64,000 nucleotides of DNA. Origin: Polyangia bacterium. Its GTDB lineage: Bacteria > Myxococcota_A > Polyangia > Palsa-1104. Below the pieces are notes generated by a model that was not told where the DNA came from, made no database searches, and saw only the letters and a list, made by a program, of their open reading frames with translations. The position numbers and the translations under genes are program-made. The stretch is from contig DATNAQ010000031.1 of NCBI GenBank assembly GCA_035607415.1, positions 6,084-70,083 of the forward strand, given 5' to 3'. Positions within the stretch are counted from its first letter, which is position 1; every line of letters begins with the position of its first letter. This document shows positions 62,850-64,000 of this stretch, one piece after another.

Positions 62850-64000
62850 CGCTCCGCCGGGTAGCAACGATAGATGAAGCCGCAGCGCAGCCGATGGCAG
62901 GTGGCGAGCGGCCGCTGCTCCCAGGCGTCGGCGGCGCGCGCCGCGGCGAGCGTGTGGCCGAGCGCGGCCAGCTCGGTCTCGAATGGCGCCGACGGCGGCG
63001 CCGGCGCGATCTGCGGCGACGGATCGCCCTCCTTCAGGAACGCCAGGCCCGTGCGCACCGACGGTGCCGCCGGATACAGCCGCCGCGCCGCCAGCGCGTA
63101 GGCGTCGAGCTGGAAGCGATAGTCGTCGGGCTCGCCGAGGCGCGCGTGCTTGTAGTCGACGACGGTGACGCCGTCGGAGGTGAGCACCACGAGATCCATC
63201 TGCCCGCGCAGGTAGAGCACGCCGCCGTCGTACGGCACCGACAAGAGAAACGGCAGCTCGCGCCGCACCGCCACGCCGTCGAGCGCGCGGGCGAACGGCG
63301 TGTCGAGGAACGCCGCCACGTGCGCGCGCACCTCGGCGACGAGCGGATCCTTGGTCTCGTAGCCGTCGGCGGCGAGCAGGCGATCGAGCTCCGCGTGCGC
63401 CGCCTCGTCGACGCCGCCGGCGCGGAACGGTGCGCGCTCAAGCAGGCGATGCGCCAGCGTACCGCGCCGCAGCGGATCGAGCTGCGGCAGCGCGTCGCCG
63501 CCGTCGACGTCGACGGTGACCTCGGGCGAGGCCGCGCGCGACGAGGCCGGATGCTCCTGCAGCCCGAGCGCGTGAAACTGCTGATAGCGCCGCGGGCAGA
63601 GCTGGAAGTCGGCCAGCTGCGTGACCGCGACCGTGACGTTGCCCGGCCGCGGCGCCGGCCGCGTGACGATCTGGTGCAGCCGCGCCGCCGCGCGTGCGGC
63701 GATGGTCTCCACCGGCTCACTCTCGACGGACGGGCGCGCCACGATCGCCTCCGCCGGCGCCGGCAGCGCATCGCCGTCGACCACGCGCAAGAGCGGACGC
63801 GTCGCGTCGTCGGCCGCGATGGCGTCGAGCTGCTGCCGCCAGCACGTCTGGTGCGCCCACACCGGCTCGCCCGAGAAGACCGCCAGGTCGCGCGCGCGCG
63901 TCGCCGCGACGTAGAACACGCGCAGCGACTCCGCCGCTTGCCGCCGCTGCCGCGCCTCCGACACGCGCCGCGACGCCGTCGAGTGCACGAACACGCGCCG
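62846..64000 (-). CDS. C-terminal part of a UvrD/AddA-type helicase-nuclease (5' end lies outside the window)
   Basis: Helicase motif VI is VFYVAATRARDL. The PD-(D/E)XK nuclease block is GQMDLVVL..VVDYKH. The C-terminal Cys residues are CHRLRCGFIYRC. Confidence 0.75.
   Translation of the reverse strand, partial: RRVFVHSTASRRVSEARQRRQAAESLRVFYVAATRARDLAVFSGEPVWAHQTCWRQQLDAIAADDATRPLLRVVDGDALPAPAEAIVARPSVESEPVETIAARAAARLHQIVTRPAPRPGNVTVAVTQLADFQLCPRRYQQFHALGLQEHPASSRAASPEVTVDVDGGDALPQLDPLRRGTLAHRLLERAPFRAGGVDEAAHAELDRLLAADGYETKDPLVAEVRAHVAAFLDTPFARALDGVAVRRELPFLLSVPYDGGVLYLRGQMDLVVLTSDGVTVVDYKHARLGEPDDYRFQLDAYALAARRLYPAAPSVRTGLAFLKEGDPSPQIAPAPPSAPFETELAALGHTLAAARAADAWEQRPLATCHRLRCGFIYRCYPAER

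Overview
This is a 64 kb, very GC-rich bacterial chromosomal segment, roughly 70% GC by eye with strong third-codon-position GC bias. About 65 protein-coding genes can be supported. I found no rRNA, tRNA, CRISPR array, transposase or integrase. The gene content suggests a Myxococcota-like genome: an OmpA protein with thrombospondin type 3 repeats, an FHA-TPR protein, a duplicated FtsX-type orphan permease, many lipoproteins and Cys-rich secreted proteins, and ECF and sigma-54 regulators. That taxonomic guess is inference only. Confident housekeeping calls are recA, serS, hslO, psuG, an RluA-family pseudouridine synthase, slyD, comM/yifB and htrA. There are two RND efflux operons. One is OMF-MFP-RND-lipoprotein at 18.2-24.3 kb, and the other is mdtABC-like at 38.4-45.7 kb. 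A receiver / histidine kinase / NtrC-type trio sits divergent from the first efflux operon. An ECF sigma / anti-sigma pair and two adjacent sulfatase-fold proteins are also present. Operon structure is supported by about 16 start/stop overlaps (ATGA, GTGA, TGATG). The most interesting unexplained loci are: (1) a tightly coupled comM-orf127-recA-orf231 cluster in which an uncharacterised protein occupies the usual recX position; (2) a tandem pair of small paralogous proteins at 35.8-36.4 kb, flanked by Cys-rich and small membrane proteins; (3) a DUF4331-like protein split into two separately exported halves, next to a TPR lipoprotein and a eukaryote-like GT22 glycosyltransferase; (4) a patchy, lower-GC islet at 48-52.3 kb holding coupled mini-proteins, a decayed S41 peptidase remnant, an ECF module and small lectin-like and zinc-ribbon-like ORFs; (5) several candidate regulatory sites, namely a perfect 20-bp palindrome between slyD and serS, a sigma-54-like promoter and an ECF-type promoter. 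All family assignments come from motif recognition by eye, and no searches were run. The many long Arg/Ala/Pro-rich ORFs in alternative frames are treated as high-GC artefacts.
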